Shown: one piece after another, positions 1 to 8,030 of the stretch
Layout: every line of letters starts with the position of its first letter
How positions within the stretch are numbered: the first letter of the stretch is position 1
Origin: Escherichia phage vB_Eco_F25
Sequence record: OP870144.1
DNA: 64,000 nt
Reading direction: 5' to 3' (one strand)
Position numbers and translations under genes: made by a program
Notes under the pieces: generated by a model
Seen by the model: the letters and a program-made list of their open reading frames with translations, nothing else
Databases searched by the model: none
Told to the model about the DNA's origin: nothing

Positions 1-617
<617 letters not shown>

Positions 618-1058
618 TTAAAAGAGGTTGTTCATTATTCGGTAAAGTGAAGGACCCATCACATATTGCCACTGGGTACGAGGAATAAGAGCAAAAGCAT
701 CCATCTCTGGAATCATAACGCCATCTTTATTTTCAAAATAAGACCCACAATGGCAATTTCTAAACATCTCATGCTCTACTGGAATCGTATAATAAAATAA
801 CTGAAGGTCTTTATTACTAGAATATTTAAATACACCTAGGTCTTCTAGAAGGTCTGGATTATAATTGCTAAAACCAGTCTCTTCTAAACATTCTCTTCGT
901 GCTGCATCTAGTGCGCTCAAATCAGAATTTTCTACACGGCCCTTTGGAATATCCCAGCGATGTGCCATCATTCCAGGCTTACGAGAACCAGTAACCCGTC
1001 CCATGAATAAATCTTTATCTTCTGTCATAAAGATAATACCAGCTGATAATGTTTTCAT
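618..1058 (-). CDS. nudE: Nudix hydrolase NudE
   Basis: Nudix box GRVENSDLSALDAARRECLEETGF; track start trimmed to the ATG at 1058 that has an AGGAAA SD and overlaps the upstream stop. Confidence 0.85.
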   Translation of the reverse strand: MKTLSAGIIFMTEDKDLFMGRVTGSRKPGMMAHRWDIPKGRVENSDLSALDAARRECLEETGFSNYNPDLLEDLGVFKYSSNKDLQLFYYTIPVEHEMFRNCHCGSYFENKDGVMIPEMDAFALIPRTQWQYVMGPSLYRIMNNLF

Positions 1059-1423
1059 TTTAATTTCCTGCATTCGGTGATAAAGTTATTTAAATTTTGA
1101 GTATATTTCTTTTCATCAAAAATCTTTTGTTGTCTGCGTAGCCGCCATGGCATTTCAATGAACGTGTACCATATCCCAGATAATATTGCTGCTGTAAAAA
1201 TATTAACAAGTATGGTTAAAAGAATCCAATCTTCTATTCTGTCCATTGGATTTTTTATGAAAAAGTAAAATACGAATGATGTCACAGGAAGACTAATAAT
1301 ATACCACAGAATCATAATTTTATCTGTGAACCAATCAGCGTTCGTTAACTTAGCGCTGCCATTTTGAATACATACAAACTTATCATCTGTTGCAGTAGAT
1401 GGCTTAACTGGTTGATATCCCAT
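1055..1423 (-). CDS. Small membrane protein (e.x accessory gene)
   Basis: About 122 aa from ATG with GGGAG SD; two hydrophobic helices (ILWYIISLPVTSFVFYFF, WILLTILVNIFTAAILSGIWY). Confidence 0.6.
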   Translation of the reverse strand: MGYQPVKPSTATDDKFVCIQNGSAKLTNADWFTDKIMILWYIISLPVTSFVFYFFIKNPMDRIEDWILLTILVNIFTAAILSGIWYTFIEMPWRLRRQQKIFDEKKYTQNLNNFITECRKLK

Positions 1424-1437
1424 TCTAAACTCCCTAA

Positions 1438-1542
1438 TCAACAAATTTTCATATCTTCGGAACAGCCATTCCAGTCAACTCTATCAACTGGAATGCCATC
1501 ATCCCCATCATCTAAATCATACCAGCGAGTTTTTAAAATCAT
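1438..1542 (-). CDS. Possible 34-aa acidic micro-ORF
   Basis: ATG overlaps stop of upstream gene (ATGA) with AGGAAA SD; MILKTRWYDLDDGDDGIPVDRVDWNGCSEDMKIC; below track size cutoff. Confidence 0.25.
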   Translation of the reverse strand: MILKTRWYDLDDGDDGIPVDRVDWNGCSEDMKIC

Positions 1543-1901
1543 TTAATTTTCCTACAATCACTCACAAACTCTTCCATTGATTCTTTTTCAATATAAGACA
1601 TGTAGTTATTATATTCCTTTAATTGTATTTTGTAATCCTTTTTTCTTTGCCAATTTATTTTAAAATTATCATAATGAAAATATAGCATGGTACCAAAGAA
1701 TGAAAATAATGAAATCGCTATAGTATAACGAAGTTCGCTCCAAACCTCTGTTATAATTGCTGAACTATCGACGTTTAAAATAAAACAGTCAATCATTAGT
1801 CCAATAAGACTACCCGCAAGAGCTGCAAATACTGATACGGCAAGAATTAATAGTGCCTCAAGAAACGAATATTTGACTTTATTTAGTTTTGGCTTTTGCA
1901 T
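1539..1901 (-). CDS. Small membrane protein (e.x accessory gene)
   Basis: 120 aa; AAGGAA SD; two hydrophobic helices; basic C-terminal tail. Confidence 0.6.
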   Translation of the reverse strand: MQKPKLNKVKYSFLEALLILAVSVFAALAGSLIGLMIDCFILNVDSSAIITEVWSELRYTIAISLFSFFGTMLYFHYDNFKINWQRKKDYKIQLKEYNNYMSYIEKESMEEFVSDCRKIK

Positions 1902-2275
1902 CGTGATTCCTTAACAAATTTCATAATTTCATCAAATTCATACGCAGCAAGTTTAAGCTGATGTTCCTTTTTAATCTTTTTACACTGAGCTTTCCATTCA
2001 CGTACGCGTTTACGATAATGTCTTCCTTGATACCAGTATCCTACCCAATTTACAGGTACTAATAAAAGCGGAATTATTAATGGAAGAATTAGCGTTGCTC
2101 CAAATATTACACCGGATTCAATATCAGTCATAACGTCTATAACCATTCCAGCAATCAGCAGAATCACAAATGATACAGCTACCACAGGACCCATTAATAC
2201 ATCAGTAGAAATTATCTGGCGCTTTGGCTCATACTTCAAAGGTTTACTCGGAAGGTATAGTGATGGCTTTGACAT
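1883..2275 (-). CDS. Small membrane protein (e.x accessory gene)
   Basis: Track ORF starts at TTG; ATG at 2273-2275 (MSKPSLYLP...) has AAGGAA SD; two hydrophobic helices then basic tail. Confidence 0.6.
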   Translation of the reverse strand: MSKPSLYLPSKPLKYEPKRQIISTDVLMGPVVAVSFVILLIAGMVIDVMTDIESGVIFGATLILPLIIPLLLVPVNWVGYWYQGRHYRKRVREWKAQCKKIKKEHQLKLAAYEFDEIMKFVKESRCKSQN

Positions 2276-2852
2276 ATTCTCTACATTCCTTAACAAATTT
2301 TTCTAATAATAAATCGCTTTCAAAATTAGGATTTTCTACGAATTTATCAAAAAGATCATCAACAATAGTAAAGATATTCTTTTTACTAAGAATACGCTTA
2401 TTTTCATATTTTGTTTCAGAGTCAACTATAAGAGTAAAGAAATATTTCTTTCCCTGAAATTTTACTGTAGTATCAATATAAAATAAATTTGACTTTTGTA
2501 AATTACGTCTAAACCCCGCGTCACTTAAACTATAAATGCCAAGATAGTCATAATCGTCGTTTAAATAACAAACTGTCCATTCAGGAGAAATGAAATCAGT
2601 AAATTCAACATCAAAATCACATGTCAATGAATGAATTGATTCAATACTGTTAATAAGTATTCCAGGACGTATTAAAGACTTTTTACCTCTATAAAATCTT
2701 CCAGAAAGACTTTCGTCAGTTTCATATGAAGACCCCCAATAGTAATTACGTCCTTCTGCCATACGTTTAAGAACATTTAGTAATTGGTCTGGAACATCAA
2801 CATGTCTTTGGAACTCTTCAAACATTGAATTGAAATCATTTTGCATTCTCAT
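2244..2852 (-). CDS. Hypothetical protein (e.x accessory gene)
   Basis: 202-aa ORF with GGAG-type SD; no motif recognised. Confidence 0.6.
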   Translation of the reverse strand: MRMQNDFNSMFEEFQRHVDVPDQLLNVLKRMAEGRNYYWGSSYETDESLSGRFYRGKKSLIRPGILINSIESIHSLTCDFDVEFTDFISPEWTVCYLNDDYDYLGIYSLSDAGFRRNLQKSNLFYIDTTVKFQGKKYFFTLIVDSETKYENKRILSKKNIFTIVDDLFDKFVENPNFESDLLLEKFVKECREYVKAITIPSE

Positions 2853-2892
2853 TCCTATTTACTCCAGTAATAGGGGCCGAAGCCCCTTATCA

Positions 2893-3486
2893 TTATTTCA
2901 GAGAATTAATGTATTCCTGAACATCGGCAGAAGTGGTTTCAACCCCAGAAATATTACCGTTAAAGGTTTCAACTCGAGCAAGAGTATCTTCAATATCAAC
3001 CTTAGTTAGCGCTGCGATTTCAACTACATCATCGGCAGTACTAATTCCAAGGGCATTTGCCGCACGAGTTTCACGGATATATTCCAATTTAACTGCAAGT
3101 TCTTGGCGAGCATCATCTAACTCAACTACTTTCTTGGCGATTTCAATTCGCATTTCAGCATAACCATCAGCCTTAGTAGTCAACTGTTCAGCTGTTCGAC
3201 GATATAGCAAACCGAGTTTAGCATGCATTGTTACATCTTGACCCTCGGAAAGAAGCTTGCGAATTTCACGCTCTTTTGATTCGGCTTGTCGATTCTTTTC
3301 GATAACAAGTTCACGAATACGTTTTTCTTCATTAATAGATTTAACAGAAGCAGTTTTTAGATCTTTAATTTTATCAAGCAGTTTTGCTGCTGCAGCAGTA
3401 TACTGTTCTTCAACAGATAGATTTTTAGCCATAGCAGAACCAAGTTTAGTGCGAATAAACTCAACAATTTTCTTCAGTGTGTTCAT
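2893..3486 (-). CDS. Alpha-helical coiled-coil protein (possibly PspA/IM30-like)
   Basis: 197 aa, AAGGAA SD; heptad-rich, charged, low-complexity helical composition; PspA resemblance is weak and by eye only. Confidence 0.55.
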   Translation of the reverse strand: MNTLKKIVEFIRTKLGSAMAKNLSVEEQYTAAAAKLLDKIKDLKTASVKSINEEKRIRELVIEKNRQAESKEREIRKLLSEGQDVTMHAKLGLLYRRTAEQLTTKADGYAEMRIEIAKKVVELDDARQELAVKLEYIRETRAANALGISTADDVVEIAALTKVDIEDTLARVETFNGNISGVETTSADVQEYINSLK

Positions 3487-3587
3487 AGTATTTCCTTAGG
3501 TTAATTGAGATTTAAAATCCGTAGGAGTATAATACTCTATCGTCAAATTATAGGCTCATAATATCTCAATCATGAGCCCGTGTAAAC

Positions 3588-3851
3588 TTATTTCATATTA
3601 TTGAAATATTCTTCTGCGATTTCATCGTTATCATGGTAAACTTTAGAAGACAGTTTAACATAACCTTCAGCAGTGAACATATTAATCACAACTTTTACAG
3701 TATACCACTGACCGTCTTCATTACCCATTACTGCGTAAGTTTCAAACATCGGATGGTCAGGACCGATGACTTTAATATCATTCACTGTACGACCGAAATC
3801 TTCTGAAACGCATTTCATAAAGAAGTTGAACAGTTCGCCGTAATTATCCAT
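3588..3851 (-). CDS. Hypothetical protein
   Basis: Track ORF begins at TTG; ATG (MDNYGELF...) 12 nt downstream with GGAG SD; early promoter upstream. Confidence 0.6.
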   Translation of the reverse strand: MDNYGELFNFFMKCVSEDFGRTVNDIKVIGPDHPMFETYAVMGNEDGQWYTVKVVINMFTAEGYVKLSSKVYHDNDEIAEEYFNNMK

Positions 3852-3894
3852 TTCATTCTCCAAGTTATTTTCTGTATCAGTAGTTGATAGTTGT

Positions 3895-3924
3895 ATAGTA
3901 CCATGGAAGAACGGGGATGTAAAC
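3895..3924 (-). promoter_or_regulatory. T4-type early promoter (GTTTAC-N17-GTACTAT)
   Basis: Minus-strand reading GTTTAC + 17 nt + GTACTAT with A/T-rich upstream region, about 45 nt before the ATG. Confidence 0.4.
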
Positions 3925-4057
3925 AGTTTTGTGAAAAAATTTTTTAAAAAGTTTTAGGGAATTCTAGGGAAGGGAGGGGCAATTAAAGGATAGGATAATA
4001 TATTATAAAGGGTAGAAACTAAATGATGCCTAGAGAGGTCCAGAAAGGCCTAGATAC

Positions 4058-4083
4058 CAAAAAGCCCTATCATTTAGATAGGG
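4058..4083 (-). terminator. Rho-independent terminator
   Basis: Minus-strand hairpin CCCTATC-UAAAU-GATAGGG followed by U5, just after the stop of 4092..4655. Confidence 0.55.
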
Positions 4084-4091
4084 ATTTAAAA

Positions 4092-4655
4092 TTATTTATC
4101 TAGTTTAGTTATTATAGCTTCTGCGGCAGCTTTTAGCTTAGATGCGGTGTTAATACGATTTTTAATTTCAGTATACGCATCGCCAAGAACATCAAGGCTA
4201 TCAGAATAAACGCTTACACTATTGCGTTCGCTATTTGAAATAGAACCTTTAGTTTTACGATCAAAATCGATGTACACGTCTTGAAGATCACGGGCTGCCT
4301 TCTTTGCATCATCCAATGCATCAAGAGCTTTATTCAAAGCATTAACGTATTTTTTAGTGTCGAACATATTCTTAGAAATTTTAACAGGCGCACGTTCAGG
4401 AGTAGCTAAGGCAGATTTAGGAACCTGAGCGCCAGATGCCAGTTTCTTAGAAATTTTGAAAAATGCTTTATTGAATTTATTTTCTTGACTCATCGTAAAA
4501 GAACTATTATCAATGTTATACATTTCAATAGCTTTAGCTTTCCACTTAAGAAAATCGCCACGGTCTTTTGGGTCCAATTGGAAGAATACTTTAGTAAGTT
4601 CTGCTTCAGATGGTAATTTTGCTGCTTCGGTTAAAAATTCGGCATAGGTTTTCAT
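4092..4655 (-). CDS. Internal (head-packaged) protein with capsid-targeting sequence
   Basis: 187 aa; N-terminus MKTYAEFLTE|AAK matches T4 IP CTS with gp21 (L/I)xE cleavage motif; AAGGA SD. Confidence 0.7.
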   Translation of the reverse strand: MKTYAEFLTEAAKLPSEAELTKVFFQLDPKDRGDFLKWKAKAIEMYNIDNSSFTMSQENKFNKAFFKISKKLASGAQVPKSALATPERAPVKISKNMFDTKKYVNALNKALDALDDAKKAARDLQDVYIDFDRKTKGSISNSERNSVSVYSDSLDVLGDAYTEIKNRINTASKLKAAAEAIITKLDK

Positions 4656-4744
4656 TTAAAATCCTTGAAATAATTTATCGGTCAGTTATTAATTATTTAT
4701 TACTTTGTTATTATCCGTAACAGCATTCTCTATGCGATTCAAAC

Positions 4745-4773
4745 TAAAAAGCCCCAACCTTTCGGTCGAGGCT
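4745..4773 (-). terminator. Rho-independent terminator
   Basis: 10-bp GC-rich stem with GAAA loop then U5 on minus strand; near-identical copy at 5300..5328. Confidence 0.55.
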
Positions 4774-4780
4774 AAGAATG

Positions 4781-5254
4781 TTATTTGATTTGTTTAGCAG
4801 ACCAAATGCGGTCTTTGATGATTTTTTGGAGATCTTCAACATACTCTAGGTCATGAGCATGTGGATTATCTTTGAAACTATAGGCACGGGCTAATTTTTG
4901 GCCTTCGGTTTTAATTACTAAAAGCTCTTTAAGGATAGCTTCATATTTAGCGATAATTCCTTTAACAATATTTTTTTCTTGTGCAGCTTTAGGATCTGCT
5001 TTAGGAGCAGGTTTACCGGAAGGTTTTTCGAAAGCCGCACCAGTAGCAACCAGACTTTTCCAGGCGGTGGTAACATAGTTACCCACAAAGCCTTCAGCTC
5101 TCATATCGTCGTAGAACTTGTACCGGGATTCGTCAGAAGCATCTTTATAAGAATATTTACCAGATTTAATAGCAGCAGTTGCTACAGCGCGAACATCTGA
5201 AGCGGATGCTTCATTTAACACCGCTTCATTTAAAAATTGAGCATATGATTTCAT
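4781..5254 (-). CDS. Internal (head-packaged) protein with capsid-targeting sequence
   Basis: 157 aa; N-terminus MKSYAQFLNE|AVL; AGGAAA SD; late promoter immediately upstream. Confidence 0.7.
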   Translation of the reverse strand: MKSYAQFLNEAVLNEASASDVRAVATAAIKSGKYSYKDASDESRYKFYDDMRAEGFVGNYVTTAWKSLVATGAAFEKPSGKPAPKADPKAAQEKNIVKGIIAKYEAILKELLVIKTEGQKLARAYSFKDNPHAHDLEYVEDLQKIIKDRIWSAKQIK

Positions 5255-5290
5255 CTTATTTCCTGTTTTAATTCGTGGTTTTAATATACT

Positions 5291-5298
5291 TATTTATA
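5291..5298 (-). promoter_or_regulatory. Late promoter TATAAATA
   Basis: Reverse complement reads TATAAATA about 35 nt upstream of the internal-protein gene start. Confidence 0.5.
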
Positions 5299-5299
5299 C

Positions 5300-5328
5300 T
5301 AAAAAGCCCCAACCTTTCGGTCGGGGCT
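5300..5328 (-). terminator. Rho-independent terminator after the tRNA/small-RNA cluster
   Basis: Minus-strand hairpin AGCCCCGACC-GAAA-GGUUGGGGCU followed by U5. Confidence 0.55.
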
Positions 5329-5379
5329 AAGCCTTGCGGCAACCTTGTCGGGGTTCCACCTGCTAAGGCAAGTGTTTGT

Positions 5380-5470
5380 ACGAAACGCCGGGATTCGAAC
5401 CCGGTTATTAAGCAGTTGACGCTACTCAATATTTTTAAAAGGCCATATCTCGACCATATCCGAACGTTCC
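5380..5470 (-). ncRNA. tRNA-like structured RNA (T-arm plus acceptor-like 3' end)
   Basis: Minus-strand CCGGG-TTCGAAT-CCCGG T-arm followed by 7-nt acceptor-like strand; no canonical cloverleaf found by eye; position matches where T4 carries small stable RNAs. Confidence 0.3.
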
Positions 5471-5644
5471 GTCAAAAACGCTACTCGGCTTACGGCAAAG
5501 ATATTTCCTCGAATCGATAATTCGGTGCGCCGTTTCTGCTGTGATATAAGGGGACATTAACAAAACATAAAGATTTATTAATGCCAGTCCTTAAACAGGG
5601 AACATCAGTCCGACGACTTGCCGGTAGCGACCCGGCTTCTTGTT

Positions 5645-5719
5645 TGGTATCCCGCCCTGGGATCGAACCAGGACCGCAAACTTAGAAGGATCGTATGCTA
5701 TCCATTACACCAGCGGGAC
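5645..5719 (-). tRNA. tRNA-Arg (anticodon TCT), CCA encoded
   Basis: Acceptor GTCCCGC/GCGGGAT, anticodon loop CTTCTAA, T-loop TTCGATC, 3' ACCA. Confidence 0.8.
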
Positions 5720-6341
5720 GTAATTTATTTAAAAGACAAGACAAATCGGAAATCTCATCTTTTTCTAAAACTACCAAATTTTCTAAAGCTTTCCATTTAC
5801 AAAGATCTCTATCTCTTTTATATCCTTTGACTTCTATATAAAAATCATAAGTGGGTAAATAAAAATCAGGAAAATAGAGATGTTCTGAACCTTCCCATTC
5901 GTAAGGAATTGGCTTTATTTTATTAGTATATTTGATATTGTGTTCTTTTAAAAACTTAGCAACTTTTAATTCCCAGGTCCCTTTAAATTTAAACCCGTCA
6001 AACTCATATGTTTTTACTCGACCAGAAACATTAGAAGCAGAATATGAATCAGGATTATCAAGAACAGCTTGCCGCATTCTTTTAGAATGTGCTTCTTTGC
6101 GTTCATTAGACCATACATATCCAGTATTGGCTTTTCTAAGTTTTTCTCTAGTTTTATCAGAGACTTTTATTTCTTTACCTAGTTCTTTGGCTTTGGTAAA
6201 TTGATTACTACCTTTAAGACCATAACGAGGGTTATTAGGGCCGCTCATATCTAATCTATTTGGGTTAGATTTGCACCGTTTTTCATGCTGCTTTAGTGAA
6301 TTTAAATTTTTACATTCTTTAGAACAATATTGACAAAGCAT
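5682..6341 (-). CDS. Free-standing putative homing endonuclease (Zn finger + NUMOD3-like repeats + PD-(D/E)XK-like motif)
   Basis: N-terminal CQYCSKEC...HEKRC; central SDKTREKLRKA / NERKEAHSKRMRQA; C-terminal FPDFYLP...YIEVKGY; second ATG has GGAG SD; last 12 codons and the stop lie inside tRNA-Arg. Confidence 0.65.
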   Translation of the reverse strand: MLCQYCSKECKNLNSLKQHEKRCKSNPNRLDMSGPNNPRYGLKGSNQFTKAKELGKEIKVSDKTREKLRKANTGYVWSNERKEAHSKRMRQAVLDNPDSYSASNVSGRVKTYEFDGFKFKGTWELKVAKFLKEHNIKYTNKIKPIPYEWEGSEHLYFPDFYLPTYDFYIEVKGYKRDRDLCKWKALENLVVLEKDEISDLSCLLNKLRPAGVMDSIRSF

Positions 6342-6410
6342 AATTTTCTCCATGAATTTTATATAGATATTTATTCATGGAGAAGTTGACTGCTCTACCT
6401 AATCAAAATA

Positions 6411-6484
6411 TGGCCCAGACCAGATTTGAACTGGTAACCTTTCCCTTATGAGGGGACTGCTGCTAACCATTGAGCTACAGGGCC
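6411..6484 (-). tRNA. tRNA with CAT anticodon (Ile2-type or Met)
   Basis: Acceptor GGCCCTG, D-arm GCTC/AATGGTT, anticodon loop CTCATAA, T-loop TTCAAAT; one acceptor mismatch in my reading. Confidence 0.6.
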
Positions 6485-6490
6485 TTGATA

Positions 6491-6548
6491 TGCTGATTGA
6501 CGGAATCGAACCGCAAGTGAGGTGCTCTACCTACTGAGCTAAATCAGC
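6491..6548 (-). pseudogene. Internally deleted tRNA-Thr-like remnant (about 57 nt)
   Basis: Perfect acceptor pair GCTGATT/AATCAGC, D-arm GCTC-AGTAGGTA-GAGC, anticodon 5' stem CCTCA + CTTG, then directly T-loop TTCGATT; only 72 nt lie between neighbouring tRNAs. Confidence 0.45.
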
Positions 6549-6556
6549 GAAATTAC

Positions 6557-6642
6557 GGAGGCGATAGGATTTGAACCTATGAGTCGCCGGAGCGACTGCC
6601 GGTTTTCAAGACCGGTGCATTAAACCACTCTGCCACGCCTCC
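6557..6642 (-). tRNA. tRNA-Ser (anticodon TGA)
   Basis: Acceptor GGAGGCG/CGCCTCC, anticodon stem CCGGT/ACCGG loop CTTGAAA, long variable arm, T-loop TTCAAAT. Confidence 0.85.
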
Positions 6643-6644
6643 AG

Positions 6645-6718
6645 TCTCCGCGGCAGGATTTGAACCTACGACATTCTGCTCCCAAAGCAGACGCTCTACC
6701 AAACTGAGCTACACGGAG
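6645..6718 (-). tRNA. tRNA-Pro (anticodon TGG)
   Basis: D-arm GCTC-AGTTTGGTA-GAGC, anticodon stem TCTGC/GCAGA loop TTTGGGA, T-loop TTCAAAT. Confidence 0.85.
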
Positions 6719-6730
6719 TAAATTAAATTT

Positions 6731-6802
<72 letters not shown>

Positions 6803-6811
6803 AAACTTTGG

Positions 6812-6895
6812 TACGAGAAGTGGGACTCGAACCCACAAGGAAATCATTCCGCAGCATTTTAAGTGCTGTGCCTTTACCAATTTGACCATTCTCGC
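6812..6895 (-). tRNA. tRNA-Leu (anticodon TAA), class II
   Basis: Anticodon stem CAGCA/TGCTG loop CTTAAAA, long variable arm, T-arm GTGGG-TTCGAGT-CCCAC. Confidence 0.85.
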
Positions 6896-6896
6896 G

Positions 6897-6969
6897 CTGG
6901 GAATAAAGGACTCGAACCTTTGCATCCTGGAATCAAAATCCAGTGCCTTACCAACTTGGCTAATTCCCA
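6897..6969 (-). tRNA. tRNA-Gln (anticodon TTG)
   Basis: Acceptor TGGGAAT/ATTCCCA, anticodon stem CTGGA/TCCAG loop TTTTGAT, T-arm AAAGG-TTCGAGT-CCTTT. Confidence 0.85.
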
Positions 6970-7038
6970 ATTATTAACAAAGGCTCTCAAGCAAGAACCC
7001 TTGATGATAGAGGGTATTAATCAGTGCGATATGAGTTA

Positions 7039-7064
7039 ATAATAACAAATAATTCTTAAAGCAT
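7039..7064 (-). promoter_or_regulatory. Possible MotA-dependent middle promoter for the tRNA cluster
   Basis: Minus strand: MotA-box-like ATGCTTTA, 12-nt spacer, TATTAT; about 70 nt upstream of tRNA-Gln. Confidence 0.3.
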
Positions 7065-7066
7065 AT

Positions 7067-7360
7067 TTACCATTTATGATAATACATGTTTACGATGCAT
7101 TCAAGACCCAAAGGATTCTTGAAAATATCATATTCAAGAGGACCTTTTTCTGTTTCGATAAAGAAATCAAAATTTACTGTATTAAATTTACGGTCTTCCT
7201 TTACTAATTTAACTTGAGAAGATGAACGGTCAATGTAAACCTTTTCAACTTCAAAACATGTTAAAATGCCATAATCATCAATCAAGGCTTTAGCTGCTTC
7301 TTGATCATATTTATATCCATTTTCAACGGATGATACTTTCGCATAAAGAATCATCATCAA
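7067..7360 (-). CDS. Hypothetical protein
   Basis: 97-aa ORF, overlaps upstream gene end (coupling). Confidence 0.55.
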   Translation of the reverse strand: MMMILYAKVSSVENGYKYDQEAAKALIDDYGILTCFEVEKVYIDRSSSQVKLVKEDRKFNTVNFDFFIETEKGPLEYDIFKNPLGLECIVNMYYHKW

Positions 7361-7767
7361 CCTCTATCAACAATAGCATGAGTATGGGCATTTACGATTT
7401 GCCACCAGTCGAAACGATTAGAACCATATTCTGGTTTATTTTCATTTTCTTTAATGATATCACGCAGTTTATCTTCTGTTTCAGCATACGCAATTAAATC
7501 ATCATATCCACCACAAGGGTAATAATTATCACCCGCGAATAAAAGAAAATTTACCTTAGATGGATTTACGTAATAATGGTCTTTAGGATATTTAGTTCCT
7601 CTCCAATCAGTTACTTCAACATAACGGTAAGAAAATCCATTTTTACTTTCAATCCAACTCCACGCTTCAAAAGGAGTATTAAAAACTTTATCAGGTATTA
7701 AATTACCTTCAAAATGAGAAGGATTTGCATAATCCCCAGCATAAACATAATATTCGTTAATATTCAT
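7357..7767 (-). CDS. Hypothetical protein
   Basis: 136-aa ORF, aromatic-rich, no recognised motif. Confidence 0.6.
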   Translation of the reverse strand: MNINEYYVYAGDYANPSHFEGNLIPDKVFNTPFEAWSWIESKNGFSYRYVEVTDWRGTKYPKDHYYVNPSKVNFLLFAGDNYYPCGGYDDLIAYAETEDKLRDIIKENENKPEYGSNRFDWWQIVNAHTHAIVDRG

Positions 7768-7953
7768 TTATTCACCTTTAGAAATTTTATCCATAACAAT
7801 AGCGATTAAACCAATTAAAAATGCTACTACAAGTGAAAAAACATTTTCTGCTGTAGTCAATAATCCACATATAAATCCAACAAACATTGAAAAACTAAAA
7901 GCGGAAGCAGAAATTGCAATAGCAGCATTTCGAATTAATTCACAGCGTTTCAT
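7768..7953 (-). CDS. Small two-helix membrane protein
   Basis: Track ORF starts at TTG; ATG (MKRCELIRN...) with GGAG SD; two hydrophobic helices. Confidence 0.55.
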   Translation of the reverse strand: MKRCELIRNAAIAISASAFSFSMFVGFICGLLTTAENVFSLVVAFLIGLIAIVMDKISKGE

Positions 7954-7998
7954 TTTATTCTCCAATCACTCATTTGTTTTGATAGGGTAATAGTATCA
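7951..7998 (-). repeat. 48-bp promoter/5'-UTR cassette, copy A
   Basis: Exact 48-mer cattttattctccaatcactcatttgttttgatagggtaatagtatca, identical to 8670..8717; includes SD and start codon. Confidence 0.6.
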
Positions 7999-8019
7999 CA
8001 CTACTACCCAGAAGTAAAC
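7990..8019 (-). promoter_or_regulatory. T4-type early promoter (GTTTAC-N17-ATACTAT)
   Basis: Minus-strand GTTTAC + 17 nt + ATACTAT upstream of 7768..7953. Confidence 0.4.
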
Positions 8020-8030
8020 TGTTTTATAAA

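Noticed and set aside
618-1073. Track start codons for nudE, gp3, gp11, gp20, uvsW.1, 30.3 and several small genes.
   Set aside because: The track extends to upstream TTG/ATG without a ribosome-binding site; downstream ATGs with GGAG/AGGA spacing and T4-matching lengths were preferred.
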